DNA from: Candidatus Oxydemutatoraceae bacterium
GTDB taxonomy: Bacteria; Pseudomonadota; Gammaproteobacteria; Poriferisulfidales; Oxydemutatoraceae
Reading direction: 5' to 3'
Length of the DNA stretch: 64,000 nucleotides
Assembly (NCBI GenBank): GCA_965218975.1
Contig: OZ244717.1
Coordinates: 1,632,001-1,696,000 of the forward strand
The notes beneath the pieces were generated by a model, which saw only the letters and a list, made by a program, of their open reading frames with translations, searched no databases and was not told where the DNA came from. Below are positions 8,365 through 19,606 of the stretch, piece after piece (positions within the stretch are counted from its first letter, which is position 1; each line of letters begins with the position of its first letter). The position numbers and the translations under genes are program-made.

Positions 8365-8712
8365 TCAGAGTATGGAGAGCTGTTTGGGTGCGCTTTCTGT
8401 TGGAATGCGTTTTGAACCATAGTAAACACGCATACGCTCAAATTGCTTCTCGGTTATTTTCAGGATACGCACTTCTCCTTTAGGGGGAAGTATTCGCATG
8501 ATTCGTTTACAGTGCACTTCGGCGCTTTCGTCGCTAGCGCAGTGTCGAGTGTAAACCGAATATTGCAACATCACGAAGCCATCTTTGATTAGTTTTTTAC
8601 GAAATTGCGTATATTGGCGGAGGTCGGTCTTAGTTTCTGTCGGCAGATCAAAAAGTACCATTGTCCACAAGCTGCGAAACCCCCCAAAAGTAATGTTTCT
8701 TTCATTCCTCAC
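8365..8712 (-). CDS. cas2: CRISPR-associated endonuclease Cas2
   Basis: VLFDLP, FRKKLIKDGFVMLQYSVY and ITEKQF motifs. GTG start at 8712 overlaps the cas1 stop (GTGA). Confidence 0.95.
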   Translation of the reverse strand: MRNERNITFGGFRSLWTMVLFDLPTETKTDLRQYTQFRKKLIKDGFVMLQYSVYTRHCASDESAEVHCKRIMRILPPKGEVRILKITEKQFERMRVYYGSKRIPTESAPKQLSIL

Positions 8713-9596
8713 GCAGAAACTGGAATGATGAGCTTGCCTTTGCGTGTTTCCAGTATTTCGCGCAGACTCGAACAATACGTTGCCAGTGCGCTCATAAGAG
8801 GCATTTTACGTTTTTTTACCAAAACCTGGGTGCTGAGTATTTCCAGTAAACTATTTTTTGCATTGCGGTCAAGCCCGTTAAATATCTCGGCTTGTAACAA
8901 TTCTGCAGCACATTGATCAACCAATGGCCGCAGGGGCTCCATAATGTCGTCCGCCAAGCAAAAAACATTGTATTGATTATGGTGGTGTACCCCAAAAGCG
9001 GGGTGCAGACCTGCTCCCATAAGCGCACGGGAACATGCAGTGCGAATTAAACTATAGCCATAGTTTAACAATACATTGATATCGCCTGAGCCATCTTGGT
9101 CGCATCTGAATCTTTTGCCGAAAAGCAACTTGAAATAGATACGGGTGGCTTGTGCCTCATGGTTGTTAATATCATTAGGCTGAACAGTTTTTGCCAGCCG
9201 CGCTAACGGGACGCTCTCTATACCGCGCATGAGCGCTAATGTCGTTGCCTGCGCATTGATTTTAGCCCGAATGATCTGTTGCCAAACGACATGCCGTGTT
9301 TCTTCCGGGGCGGAAGCCTGCATCCGCATAATTTTACCTTGGGTGCTATGGGCATCAAGCGCAAGCAACATGGAAGTCGGCAAATGACTCTCGTCGGTGA
9401 TAATGAGCGCGACATTCTGCTTTGCGCAATGTCGAAACACGCTTTGGCTGCAAGTAATTTGCGGATTATCCAGTATTAGAAAACCAATATCTTCAAAAGA
9501 AATACTATGCCTACCCTCGTTATTCTGAATGATCAGTTGGTTTAGGTTCACGCGAAGGCGTGCCGCAGAAGCAACCTCTATAATTCTACGAATCAT
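8709..9596 (-). CDS. cas1: Type II CRISPR-associated endonuclease Cas1
   Basis: WQQIIRAKI, NHEAQA..YF, LNYGYSLIR, G.HHHN.YN and LADDIMEPLRP motifs. Confidence 0.97.
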   Translation of the reverse strand: MIRRIIEVASAARLRVNLNQLIIQNNEGRHSISFEDIGFLILDNPQITCSQSVFRHCAKQNVALIITDESHLPTSMLLALDAHSTQGKIMRMQASAPEETRHVVWQQIIRAKINAQATTLALMRGIESVPLARLAKTVQPNDINNHEAQATRIYFKLLFGKRFRCDQDGSGDINVLLNYGYSLIRTACSRALMGAGLHPAFGVHHHNQYNVFCLADDIMEPLRPLVDQCAAELLQAEIFNGLDRNAKNSLLEILSTQVLVKKRKMPLMSALATYCSSLREILETRKGKLIIPVSA

Positions 9597-12500
9597 CCGG
9601 CAACCGACCTAAATTACCTAGTTGCGCTTTGCTAAAATTTATTTCGGACAATGATGATATGTTCCATAATCCCCAATCAGTATCGGTTCCGGAAACACTA
9701 TGGTGGCGCAGATAAAGCTTTAACTGATTTCCTGATTTGCTCATTTTTTGCACCCTGAAATAGGGGGTTGCTCTATGTTCGGGGGCAAAGTTATCCTTAT
9801 CCTTCTCAAAGGCGCCTGAGTCATCGCATCGCACCATGTCGTTATTGCACAGATGCAATTCGTAATACCATTCGCCTTCCCACTCTTCAGGTGGCATCTT
9901 ATTGATAATGGGCTGTCTGGTGCTTGCGCGTCTTACCGCCTCCAACATAGTGACCATGAGAAACTTTCTTTTTCTTTTCTTTCCTTCCTCACCGTTATGA
10001 AAAAGCGCAAAATGGTGGTTACTACCAGTCTGAACATAAGAATTCGCTATTTTTAGATAGGATTTCGTTTTGGTTTGAGCGCGACGCACACGTCGAATCG
10101 GTGTACTGAGCTCGCCTTTTTTGTTGATTACCCGTGGCGGTGTGTTGCTTAAAACTTTTTGTATTTCTCCAGATTTTTTTCCGACCAGATTATGCTCATC
10201 CAACCATTGATAAAGAACCTTGTGAATAGACTCTTCGGCAATCCATGTTTGCCCGGTGTGATTATGCCAGTCCCTGTCTTTAATTTTTTTCAGCAGCGCA
10301 CCATCTAATTCTTTGCGAGAAACCACCCATTCATTTCCATCACGTAATTTGACGCCGAATAGCGTCTCTTCGTGTAACGCGCCCCATATTTTTCGTTTTG
10401 TCATATGAGATACAACAGTCCTGTTCAGTCGGTCACGCAGAATATTGCGTACATCACCATCAGCTTGCCAGCTTTCGGGCAGTATAAGACGTCTTTCCTT
10501 AATCCATTCCTGTTTGGTTTTTCGACGCGACGGATTTTTATCATCTTGCTCTTGTTTATGCACTTCTATCATCGCTTTGAGCATGGCGCGATCGGTAATA
10601 GCGACAACAAAGGCATCCACCGCATGATGGCGGTGGTCCCGACGTGACTTTTCGGCTCGGATTGCCCTATATTGCAAGACCGTTTCACCGTCGTCATTAT
10701 CGCCATCTAACTGTTCGTATGCTCCGGAATCAGGTTGCTTAGGCAAAATATCATTCAGTCCCAACCGACGGCGTAATTCAGCAGTTGCCGCCCCAATGCC
10801 TATATCAACAGGCACGCCGTATTTTTCCAGCATCTTTTTGGAGGCAGTTGCGATATCATGTCCCTTCAATACATTCTCGTAAAATAGGATTTTTTGCATT
10901 CCTGAATTATCATCTTACCGGTAAGATACAATACTAACAGAGATCTGGGCACCATCGGTTGACCCAGCCATAGCCCCGCAAGGACCACTGCCATGACCCT
11001 CGCCCCCCTGCTCAACGCGGCCCAGCCCATCCCTCCCCACACCATCCTGGCCTTTGCCGCAGTCGTCGTCGGCGGCCTCCAGCTCCTAATGCCCAAGGGC
11101 ACCCGCAGGCACCTGCTGATGGGATACAGCTGGGTCGGTTTGCTGGCCTTTGTCGCCATCAGCGGCTTTTTCATTCATGAACTCAGGCTCTGGGGGCCAT
11201 TCAGCCCGGTCCACATCCTCAGTGCCTTCACCCTCTTGTCCATCTGGTGGGCAGTCTCGGCCGCGCGATCGGGCAACATCAGAAGGCATCAGCGCCTTAT
11301 GACGATTTTGTACGGCCTCGCGCTGATCCTGACCGGTGCCTTCACCTTCCTCCCCGGGCGCATCATGCATGAGGTCATAACAGGAACGGGTGCCATTTAA
11401 TTGACGTTCAACAAACTCGCCCTCACCCTCGGGGTTGTGTTGTGTTTTAAGGATATTTCGTTTTTTGGGCTGCAAAGGGCCTTTGTAATGCTCTTTAGCA
11501 AACTGTTATATGCTAAGCCAACGATCCTGATCATGACCCCACGCTTCATAAGAAGTACGTTGCCCCTTTTCCGCATTGCAGCTGTAACAGCTGACAACCG
11601 TATTCATATAGTTTTGACTGAATCCGGTATATGGCAAGATATGCTCTATTTCCGCGTTGCCGGAAAATAAGTCGTTAATACTGATCGGCTTACCGCAATA
11701 AAGGCATTTCTCTTCTTGTTCATTTTTCCACATTTTGTACTTGTTTCTATCGTCAGGATTGACGCGACGTACTCCGCTGCGCATCTCTTCCAAAGAAATG
11801 TTGGGGTTTCCTTCGTTATAAAACTTTAAGATTTCTTCTTCTGCGGTTTCATTCAGCTTTCTGTTTTCTCTTTGCCGGCTTGCTATTTTCTTGCGGTGTT
11901 CTTTGGAAGATTTCATTTCACGTGCCATCTCCACCCGGATAATGGCAGGCTTGCCGTAGCACCTAATAATGGAGTTAATTACGCGGCGTATCTCATATAA
12001 AGCCTTTTGCACAATGGGGTTGGCAATGTTAGGAACATCTTGAACACTTAATAAAAAGTCTTCTTCAGTTTCTTTGATAGGTTTGGTTATGCTTTCGCGT
12101 TGGCCTATTTCCTCCACCGCCCGGTAATAATCAAGACCTCTACGGAGATGCGGCAAAAGCGCGTTAATTGCCTTGAGGCTATGTTTCCCATAATCGCTTT
12201 CTATACCCTCGTTCATCGCAAGCCCCAAAGCGCCTTCCGTGAGGCTGCCTCCGGCTTGGTAGCACGGAAACTTCCAATGCCTAATCAGTCTGTCGTATAA
12301 GGCTTTTTTGTTATGCATGGTGATTAGATCTTCGACCAGCTCAGTTTGTTCTTTCTCACTCAACTGTTCCCATTCACTTGTACCGATGGAACGACTGATT
12401 GCCTGCATGGTTTTATTTCCCGGTACTCCGGTTTTGCCTCCGTCATCACTTTCTCGATTGTAATTTATAGCTTTTCGTTTCACGCCCAACGCATCGGCAA

Positions 12501-13650
12501 TTTTTTTCCAGGAAATGCGCCCGTGATTATTTAACTCATCAGGATTATTAGACAAATCCAAAAGCTGCTGTCGTTGTGCCGAATCGAGTCGGGTTCCGTC
12601 AATTCTAATATTATTAATCATCTGTAAAGTGCGGAATTCTTGAAACTCCAACCGCGCCATAGCTGCACGTTTTTTATGCGGGAAGATATTACAGTTACCG
12701 ACTTTGTTCTTTTGTAGTTGTAAGGGACGCTGGTCAAAAATCTTTTCTTTTACGGATCGCGCTTCTTCGTCCGACAACTTATAAAAAGTATTTTGTTTCT
12801 GCCAAATCGCATCAAATTCTTTTTCGTGCATTTCACGTTCAGCACGTAACTGTAACCGTTTACCTCCCGGTGCCTGTTCATCTTCCGGCACATCGAAAAG
12901 CGTGACGCGCTGGGGCGGCATCCGTCTGCGCTGAGATTCTTCCCAGATGAATTGTCCGATGGTTCTATTGCCTAATTTTTTTCTTAATTTTTTGATGCCC
13001 GACAATACCGGCGATACACGGCGTCTATCTTCCTTGTCTGCCATAGTGGACGTATCGTCTTTCAGGGTCGCAATATAAAATTCAGGCTTTGCAAAATTCA
13101 AGGATTTTATGAGATCGATATACTTTGCGCCGCGATTGCTGAAGTAGCCGCGTCTGCGCTGCAGATGTAGTAATAATCTCCCGAATTCATACGGTTCCAG
13201 TTTTTCCTCAAGAGAAAAATTGCGCATGGCGTACGAGGAGCAATAGAATTTTTCCGTCACAAGCCATTTATTAGACCACTTCTTTCCAAGCTTGCGTTCA
13301 GCGTACTTGCGGTCAATCTCATTGAGTATTTTTTCCGGATTCTGTGAATAATCATCAGGCAACAAACCTTTATTGACAAGTATTTCCAAAAGCTTTCTGC
13401 GTCTTCTTTTGTAATATGCGCGGCGATTACACGCACCGCGAGCCATGCGCCGTTTCTGGTTTTTAGGTACTTCGTTTTTTGCTTCGACCATCTCCAAAAA
13501 AATACGGGAATTCAAGGCACGTAAAGAGGTGGACTTGTACCCGGCATAAATTCCTTGATGCTCCCCTTGTTCTTTTTCACAATCCACCACGGCCCAACCG
13601 ATAGAGTTAGTACCGACGTCTAAACCTAAGATGTAAGGGTTGGAATTCAT
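9586..13650 (-). pseudogene. cas9: Type II-C cas9 interrupted by an in-frame TAA (11506-11508) and a 528-bp insertion (10857-11384)
   Basis: RuvC-I LGLDVGTNSIGWA, bridge helix, NPIVQKAL, IIRVEMARE, HNH EIEHILP...CNAEKG and RuvC-III DHRHHAVDA are all in one frame. No csn2 or cas4. Confidence 0.95.
10993..11400 (+). CDS. DUF2306-like membrane protein inserted antisense inside cas9
   Basis: PKGT..H..MGY.W, SGFFIHE, GPFSP.H.LS and GAFTFLPGRIMH motifs. GC-rich codon usage unlike the flanks. Last five codons and stop are borrowed from the cas9 antisense strand. Confidence 0.8.
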   Translation: MTLAPLLNAAQPIPPHTILAFAAVVVGGLQLLMPKGTRRHLLMGYSWVGLLAFVAISGFFIHELRLWGPFSPVHILSAFTLLSIWWAVSAARSGNIRRHQRLMTILYGLALILTGAFTFLPGRIMHEVITGTGAI

Positions 13651-13815
13651 ATACTCAAAAATAAGCTACGATCTGTTCGTTAATAATCAGCATTCACATT
13701 GCAAAGCCTGAATTTTATATAGTATATTACTAGATATATATAGTAGGACAAATATCGGATCGGCCACCTTTTTTATTGACAGCCAAGAGTCTGGTTTATT
13801 TCTAAACACGTATAG

Positions 13816-14011
13816 ATTGTATCAATCATAAAGAAAACCTATTATTCGCCGATATGGAAATATTCAATGATCGGGTATCAAGGTATTTAAAATGGGGTAT
13901 AAGCCGCACTGTCTTTATGCTGATAGCGAACAGAAAGCATTGATCCGAATCCTGCTGCCGAATACTTTCTCCGAAGCTTTTCAAAAATCTCATTTAAAGT
14001 GGCATCGTACA
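13816..14011 (+). mobile_element. Degenerate IS481-derived right-end remnant
   Basis: GATTGTATCAATCAT...TTCAATGATCGG matches 45968-46027; tail matches 479-586; ends GCATCGTACA. Confidence 0.75.
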
Positions 14012-14055
14012 TACACCGGCACCAATACAACACCGGGCTGCTTGACTAAATTGAT

Positions 14056-15234
14056 ATGCACGGCGATTTGACTTTTACAGTTTTCTTAATTTTTACCGGC
14101 GCCGCCATCGTTACGACGTTAGCGCTATACCTACGACAAATGATGATTGTCGCTTATATTGCCGTCGGTATACTGCTCGGTCCCGCAGGCTACGGAGTAG
14201 TCGAAGATACCGAGCGCATCAGCCAAATTTCGCATATAGGCATTACTTTTTTGCTGTTCCTACTCGGCACGGATATGTCACCGGTCAAACTATTGAAGCT
14301 ATTGCGCTCGACTACTTTGATCACCGGCATTAGTTCAGTGATATTCGGCACTGTTGGCTATACTTTCGGGCAAATTTTCGGATTAAATCAAATCGACAGT
14401 ATCATTTTAGGCGTTACTCTAATGTTCTCAAGCACGATCATCGGGCTAAAACTGCTGCCGACAACTGTGCTGCATCATAAATTGACCGGTGAAGTCATCA
14501 TCAGCATCCTCTTGCTCCAAGATATGTTGGCAATCATCACTTTGCTCTTGCTACAAACTTTCTCCGCCGAGCCTAAGATGGGACACAGCGTCATTTGGGC
14601 CGCAACGCTGACAATAGTTTACTTGCCGTTGTTAATATCGGTTGCTTGGTTGCTTCACCGTTTCGTCATCATAAAATTAATGATGCGTTTCGACCAATTG
14701 CGTGAATATATTTTCTTACTCGCCATCGGTTGGTGCCTTGGAATCGCAGAATTGGCGCGTTATTTGGGTCTTTCAAGTGAAATCGGCGCCTTCATTGCCG
14801 GAATTATTCTCGCAGCAAACCCGATCGCGCTTTATATTACCGAATCGCTCAAGCCGATTCGCGATTTTTTTCTAATCATCTTCTTTTTCTCTCTCGGCGC
14901 AAGCGTTGAATTGGATGCCCTGCAAGCAGCAATTGTTCCCGCAATGATTTTAGCGGCAATCATTCTGGCAACTAAGCCGTATACCTTGCACAAATTGGTG
15001 CGAATATTCGGTGCAGATAAAGAGCGATCAATGGAAGTCGGAGTTCGGCTCGGGCAAGGCAGCGAATTCTCTTTATTAATTGCGACACTTGCACTGCAGC
15101 TAGGAATTATTTCTGCATTCGCTTCTTACTTAATTCAAATCGTTACGCTATTGACATTTATCATATCGCCTTACTTTATCGTTTTGAAATATCCGAATCC
15201 ATTGGCGTTAAACGATCGGCTAAGACGCGACTAA
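14056..15234 (+). CDS. Cation:proton antiporter (CPA2/Kef-type, no KTN domain)
   Basis: AYI.VGILLGP, FLLFLLG, SSTIIGLKLL, LLLQD, GAFIAG and GQ.SEFSL motifs; multi-TM. Confidence 0.9.
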   Translation: MHGDLTFTVFLIFTGAAIVTTLALYLRQMMIVAYIAVGILLGPAGYGVVEDTERISQISHIGITFLLFLLGTDMSPVKLLKLLRSTTLITGISSVIFGTVGYTFGQIFGLNQIDSIILGVTLMFSSTIIGLKLLPTTVLHHKLTGEVIISILLLQDMLAIITLLLLQTFSAEPKMGHSVIWAATLTIVYLPLLISVAWLLHRFVIIKLMMRFDQLREYIFLLAIGWCLGIAELARYLGLSSEIGAFIAGIILAANPIALYITESLKPIRDFFLIIFFFSLGASVELDALQAAIVPAMILAAIILATKPYTLHKLVRIFGADKERSMEVGVRLGQGSEFSLLIATLALQLGIISAFASYLIQIVTLLTFIISPYFIVLKYPNPLALNDRLRRD

Positions 15235-15331
15235 AACAAGCGGAGTCATCGTTTTGATTTACTTCGGGACGGCGTAAACATCTGCCACCTCTCCTTTACA
15301 ATAAAAAAACCATAATGAAATGATGGCGCAT

Positions 15332-16741
15332 TCAATCTTTTTGTTTCATCTGAGGAAACAAGATAACATCGCGGATTGATTCTGCCCCTGTTATCAACAT
15401 CACCATACGATCAATCCCGATGCCGGCACCGGCAGTCGGTGGCATCCCATATTCCAGCGCAGCGATATAATCTTCATCGTAGTCCATCGCTTCCTCATCG
15501 CCTGCCGCTTTTTCTTGTATTTGTTGCTCAAAGCGTTTTTTTTGTTCTTCGGGATCATTCAGCTCAGAAAATCCGTTAGCAATCTCTTTGCCATCAACAA
15601 ACAATTCAAAGCGATCAACATAATTCGGGTTTTCATCATTACATCGCGCAAGCGGCGAGACCGAAACCGGATAATGTGTGATAAAAGTGGGACGCTTTAA
15701 TTGTTTTTCAACCGTTTTCTCGAAAATCTCTACCAGCAATTTTCCTGCGTCATCCTGAGCTTGAACCGTCATGCCTAATTTATTTTTAATATAATCGGCA
15801 AGCACGATTTGATCTTCCAAATCTTCTCCGCGCAAATCATCGCAGTGTTTAACGACGGCATCAACCATTCGCATTTTTTGAAACGGCGCGGAAAAACAGA
15901 TGGCAGATGATTTCGAATTATAAAATTTCCCGGCAATCTCTCGTAAAAATGTTTCAATGAACGACATTAAACCCACATAGTCGTTATACGCTTCATAAAA
16001 TTCCAGCATTGTAAACTCGGGATTATGCTGTGCCGAGATACCTTCATTACGGAAACTACGATTGATTTCGTATACTTTTTCAATGCCGCCGACAATTAAC
16101 CGTTTCAGATACAGCTCCGGAGCGACTCGCAAATATAAATCCATCGCAAGCGCATTGTGATATGTTTGAAATGGCTTGGCTCTTGCTCCCCCTGCCAGCG
16201 GATGCATCATCGGTGTTTCCACTTCGCAAAAACCATGATCATTAAAGTAACGGCGCGTATAGGCAATCATCTCGGAACGTTTATTAAAGACCGTACGTAC
16301 CGCTTTATTGGTAATCAAATCAAGATGGCGCTTACGATAACGCTGTTCAATGTCCCGCAAGCCGTGAAATTTTTCCGGTAAAACCCGTCGCACTTTCACT
16401 AACAAAGATATTTCATTGACTCGAACGCTAATCACACCGATTTTTGTCTTCATCAGCACCCCTTTGACGCCGATGATGTCCCCTCGCCGACATTGCTTAA
16501 ATTTAGCAAAAGCATGCTCACTGACACCGCCGCTTACCGTGCTATTCGCTACTCTGACAAGCAGTTGAATTGTGCCGCTCATATCCTGCAAGTCGGCAAA
16601 AATACTTTTACCCATATCATTAACTCGCATGATGCGGCCCGCAACTGAAATTTTCTCATGCTCAAACTCGGCAGCATGATTATTTAAGTCATAGGCGAAA
16701 TGTTGACGGCGGAAATGATTCGGATAACGCTGCTGAGTCAC
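15332..16741 (-). CDS. lysS: Lysine--tRNA ligase (class II)
   Basis: EVETPMM, LRVAPELYLKRL, FRNEG, HNPEF and GMPPTAG.GIGIDR motifs. Confidence 0.97.
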   Translation of the reverse strand: MTQQRYPNHFRRQHFAYDLNNHAAEFEHEKISVAGRIMRVNDMGKSIFADLQDMSGTIQLLVRVANSTVSGGVSEHAFAKFKQCRRGDIIGVKGVLMKTKIGVISVRVNEISLLVKVRRVLPEKFHGLRDIEQRYRKRHLDLITNKAVRTVFNKRSEMIAYTRRYFNDHGFCEVETPMMHPLAGGARAKPFQTYHNALAMDLYLRVAPELYLKRLIVGGIEKVYEINRSFRNEGISAQHNPEFTMLEFYEAYNDYVGLMSFIETFLREIAGKFYNSKSSAICFSAPFQKMRMVDAVVKHCDDLRGEDLEDQIVLADYIKNKLGMTVQAQDDAGKLLVEIFEKTVEKQLKRPTFITHYPVSVSPLARCNDENPNYVDRFELFVDGKEIANGFSELNDPEEQKKRFEQQIQEKAAGDEEAMDYDEDYIAALEYGMPPTAGAGIGIDRMVMLITGAESIRDVILFPQMKQKD

Positions 16742-16745
16742 GCTC

Positions 16746-17844
16746 TTAAAATCCTTGTTTTAAGCTTTCTTCAATAAAAGAATCTAGTTTGCCATCCAAT
16801 ATTGCCTGTACGTTGCCGGTTTCATATCGGGTACGTAAATCTTTAATCCGCGATTGGTCCAATACATACGACCGAATTTGACTCCCCCAGCCAATATCCG
16901 ACTTTGAATCTTCAATCTTCTTCTGCTCGCTCTGCCGTTTGCGCATTTCCATTTCATACAATTTTGCTTTCAGCTGTTTCATCGCCATATCACGATTTTT
17001 ATGCTGCGATCTTTCATTTTGGCACTGGGTGACAATATTGGTCGGTAAATGTGTCAATCGTACCGCGGATTCCGTTTTGTTCACGTGCTGACCGCCTGCT
17101 CCGCTCGCACGGTAAACATCTGTGCGGACATCCTCCGGCTTGATTTCAACTTCAATGCTGTCATCCACTTCGGGAGAAACAAATATCGCGGCAAAAGAAG
17201 TATGTCGGCGATTGCCGGAATCAAAAGGTGATTTTCTAACCAAGCGATGCACTCCGGTTTCGGTTCTTAACCAACCATAAGCAAACTCTCCGGACACTTT
17301 GACTGCCGCACTTTTAATACCGGCGACCTCGCCGGGAGACACTTCGATCATCTCGGTTGCAAAGTTATGACTTTCCGCCCAGCGCAAATACATTCGCAAT
17401 AGCATCTCCGCCCAATCTTGCGCTTCGGTGCCGCCTGAACCCGCATTGACATCCAAAAACGCATGATTGGCATCCATCTCTCCGGAGAACATACGTTGAA
17501 ATTCCAGTTGATCAACTTTCTCCGTCAATACATGCAGATCGTTGAATATCGACTCAACAGTTTCAACATCGCCTTCATCTTCCGCCAGCATGATTAACTC
17601 TGCGGTTGCTTTTAAATCCCTTTGCAGTTTATCCAGATTTTCAACAACACGCCCCACCGCCGCTTTTTCCCGACCCAATCTCAGCACTGCATCATGTTGC
17701 TTCCAGATCTCGGGGTTTTCTAACTCTTGAGTCAGCGCTCGATAGCGCACATATTTGGCATCATAGTCAAAGGTACCCCCTCAGCGCATCGGCGCGGATT
17801 TCAAGCTCTTTTTGGAGTTGTTTAACTAAACTAATTTCTGCCAT
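16746..17844 (-). CDS. prfB: Peptide chain release factor 2 with programmed +1 frameshift
   Basis: ATG at 17844, then AGGGGG-TAC-CTT-TGA-C (slip site 17772-17766). SPF and GGQ motifs lie in the downstream frame. Confidence 0.97.
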
Positions 17845-17851
17845 AACGATC

Positions 17852-19606
17852 CTATTCGTTAACAATTTCTATGTATTGAATATTTAAAATTACCGATTGT
17901 CGCCCATTGTACTCATCCGTATCTAACTGATAAACAATTCGCACTTTGGCGCAGTCTTTTTCAATATCGTAATCTCCACGCACTCCTATCTTATTACCAA
18001 CCGGATTATGGTAGTTAAACATGATTGCACGCAACGGCGATTCGGATTTCTGAACGTTACATAATAGCAGTTTTAAGTGTTTATCAGCGACAATTTTCTT
18101 TTCAATAATTACAAAAATGCCATCAAACAATGGTTGGGGGAAATCTTTGCCCCAAGGCGCTGCCATACGAATCTGCTCCGCCGTTCCATAACAAATATCA
18201 TCGGAGCGCAACGCACCGTCGCTGAGTAAGCGATGCTGTAAGATATTCTTCTTGAGGCAATGATTCACTTGTTCAAAAAACTTCTGCTTGAATCTCGCGA
18301 AATGCGCTTGTGATAAAACTAAGCCGGCAGCCATCGCATGACCACCGAATTGAACAATTAAGTTTCGTTCTGCAACGGCAATTTTTTCAATCAAGTCGCG
18401 GATATGCACTCCATCTATGGAACGCGCCGAACCTTTTAACAAACCGTTGCCGGATTTTGCGAAAATGATTGCCGGACGGTAAAAATAATCTTTTAGCCGC
18501 GATGCGACGATCCCAATTACACCCTCATGCCAAGACGGATGAAACAAGCAAATCCCGGATTGCATACCTAATTCAGTAAGCTCATCAAGAATCAACCATG
18601 CATCTTCCTGCATTTTTTGCTCAATTTTTTTACGCGAAATATTATATTGATTTAGCTGCGTTGCTAGCGCGTATGCTTCGCCATCGTCTTCCGTCAATAA
18701 GCAGGCGATCCCGGTCGCGGTATTTTCCAAACGCCCGGCAGCATTTAACCTTGGGCCCACTCCAAAAGCCAAATCGGCCGAGACTACTTTATTCGGATTA
18801 CGTTTGGCGATGCGTAAAATTGCTCGAATACCCACTGCACATTTCCCGCTGCGGATACGCCGCAAACCTTGTTCAACCAAAATGCGATTGTCTTTATCCA
18901 AAGCGACCATATCGGCAATCGTTCCGACTGCAACTAAATCAAGCAAATCACCCAAACATACTTGCGTCGTATCCACCAAGCCTTGTGCCGCAAGATGACG
19001 ACGTAGAGCAATCATCAAATAAAATGCCACTCCGACACCGGCAAGCGACTTACATGGAAATTTTGAGCCCTCCAAACACGGATTGACGATCGCATCGGCG
19101 ATCGGCAACTCCACACCGGGTAAGTGATGATCGGTAATAACAACATTTAGCCCAGCAGATTTTGCTGCCGCAACACCTTCCACGCTAGCAATTCCATTGT
19201 CCACTGTAATTAGTAAATCGGGAGATTTCTCGACAATTGCAGCTTCAACAATCGGCACGGATAATCCGTAACCGAAACGAAACCGATCAGGCACCATATA
19301 AGCAATATTTCGATAACCGAGCAGGCGTAAAGATTTCATCAAAACGGCAATGCCGGCAGTACCGTCGGCATCATAGTCACCGATAATCAGGATACGCGAT
19401 TGAATGCGGTGCGCTCGCTCAAGCACTGTCACTGCTTCTTTCGCCCCCGGCAACAATTCATCGAATGAAAGACGTCGCAAACTATAATCAACCTCCTCCA
19501 TCGAGTTAATCCCGCGCGCCTCATATAGCCGCCGCAAAATTGCCGGTAACGCAGCATCGTCGGGTAATCGTCCGCATGCTTTACGTTGCGCAATTTGTAT
19601 GCGCAT
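17852..19606 (-). CDS. recJ: Single-stranded-DNA exonuclease RecJ
   Basis: GDYDADG, ITVDNG, TDHH, PRLNAAGR, GSARS and GGHAMAAG motifs. Confidence 0.97.
   Translation of the reverse strand: MRIQIAQRKACGRLPDDAALPAILRRLYEARGINSMEEVDYSLRRLSFDELLPGAKEAVTVLERAHRIQSRILIIGDYDADGTAGIAVLMKSLRLLGYRNIAYMVPDRFRFGYGLSVPIVEAAIVEKSPDLLITVDNGIASVEGVAAAKSAGLNVVITDHHLPGVELPIADAIVNPCLEGSKFPCKSLAGVGVAFYLMIALRRHLAAQGLVDTTQVCLGDLLDLVAVGTIADMVALDKDNRILVEQGLRRIRSGKCAVGIRAILRIAKRNPNKVVSADLAFGVGPRLNAAGRLENTATGIACLLTEDDGEAYALATQLNQYNISRKKIEQKMQEDAWLILDELTELGMQSGICLFHPSWHEGVIGIVASRLKDYFYRPAIIFAKSGNGLLKGSARSIDGVHIRDLIEKIAVAERNLIVQFGGHAMAAGLVLSQAHFARFKQKFFEQVNHCLKKNILQHRLLSDGALRSDDICYGTAEQIRMAAPWGKDFPQPLFDGIFVIIEKKIVADKHLKLLLCNVQKSESPLRAIMFNYHNPVGNKIGVRGDYDIEKDCAKVRIVYQLDTDEYNGRQSVILNIQYIEIVNE

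Noticed and set aside
8680-8705. G6 tract as a phase-variable frameshift in cas2 (alternative ATG start)
   Set aside because: An in-frame GTG overlapping the cas1 stop gives a complete Cas2 without any shift.
10857-11384. Self-splicing intron or intein in cas9
   Set aside because: The U|...G boundaries could be chance. No group I/II core motifs were seen, the cas9 frame has stops within the insert, and most of it is an antisense gene.
17760-17790. prfB frameshift as a pseudogene or novelty
   Set aside because: It is the well-known programmed CTT-TGA-C +1 frameshift with an internal Shine-Dalgarno.
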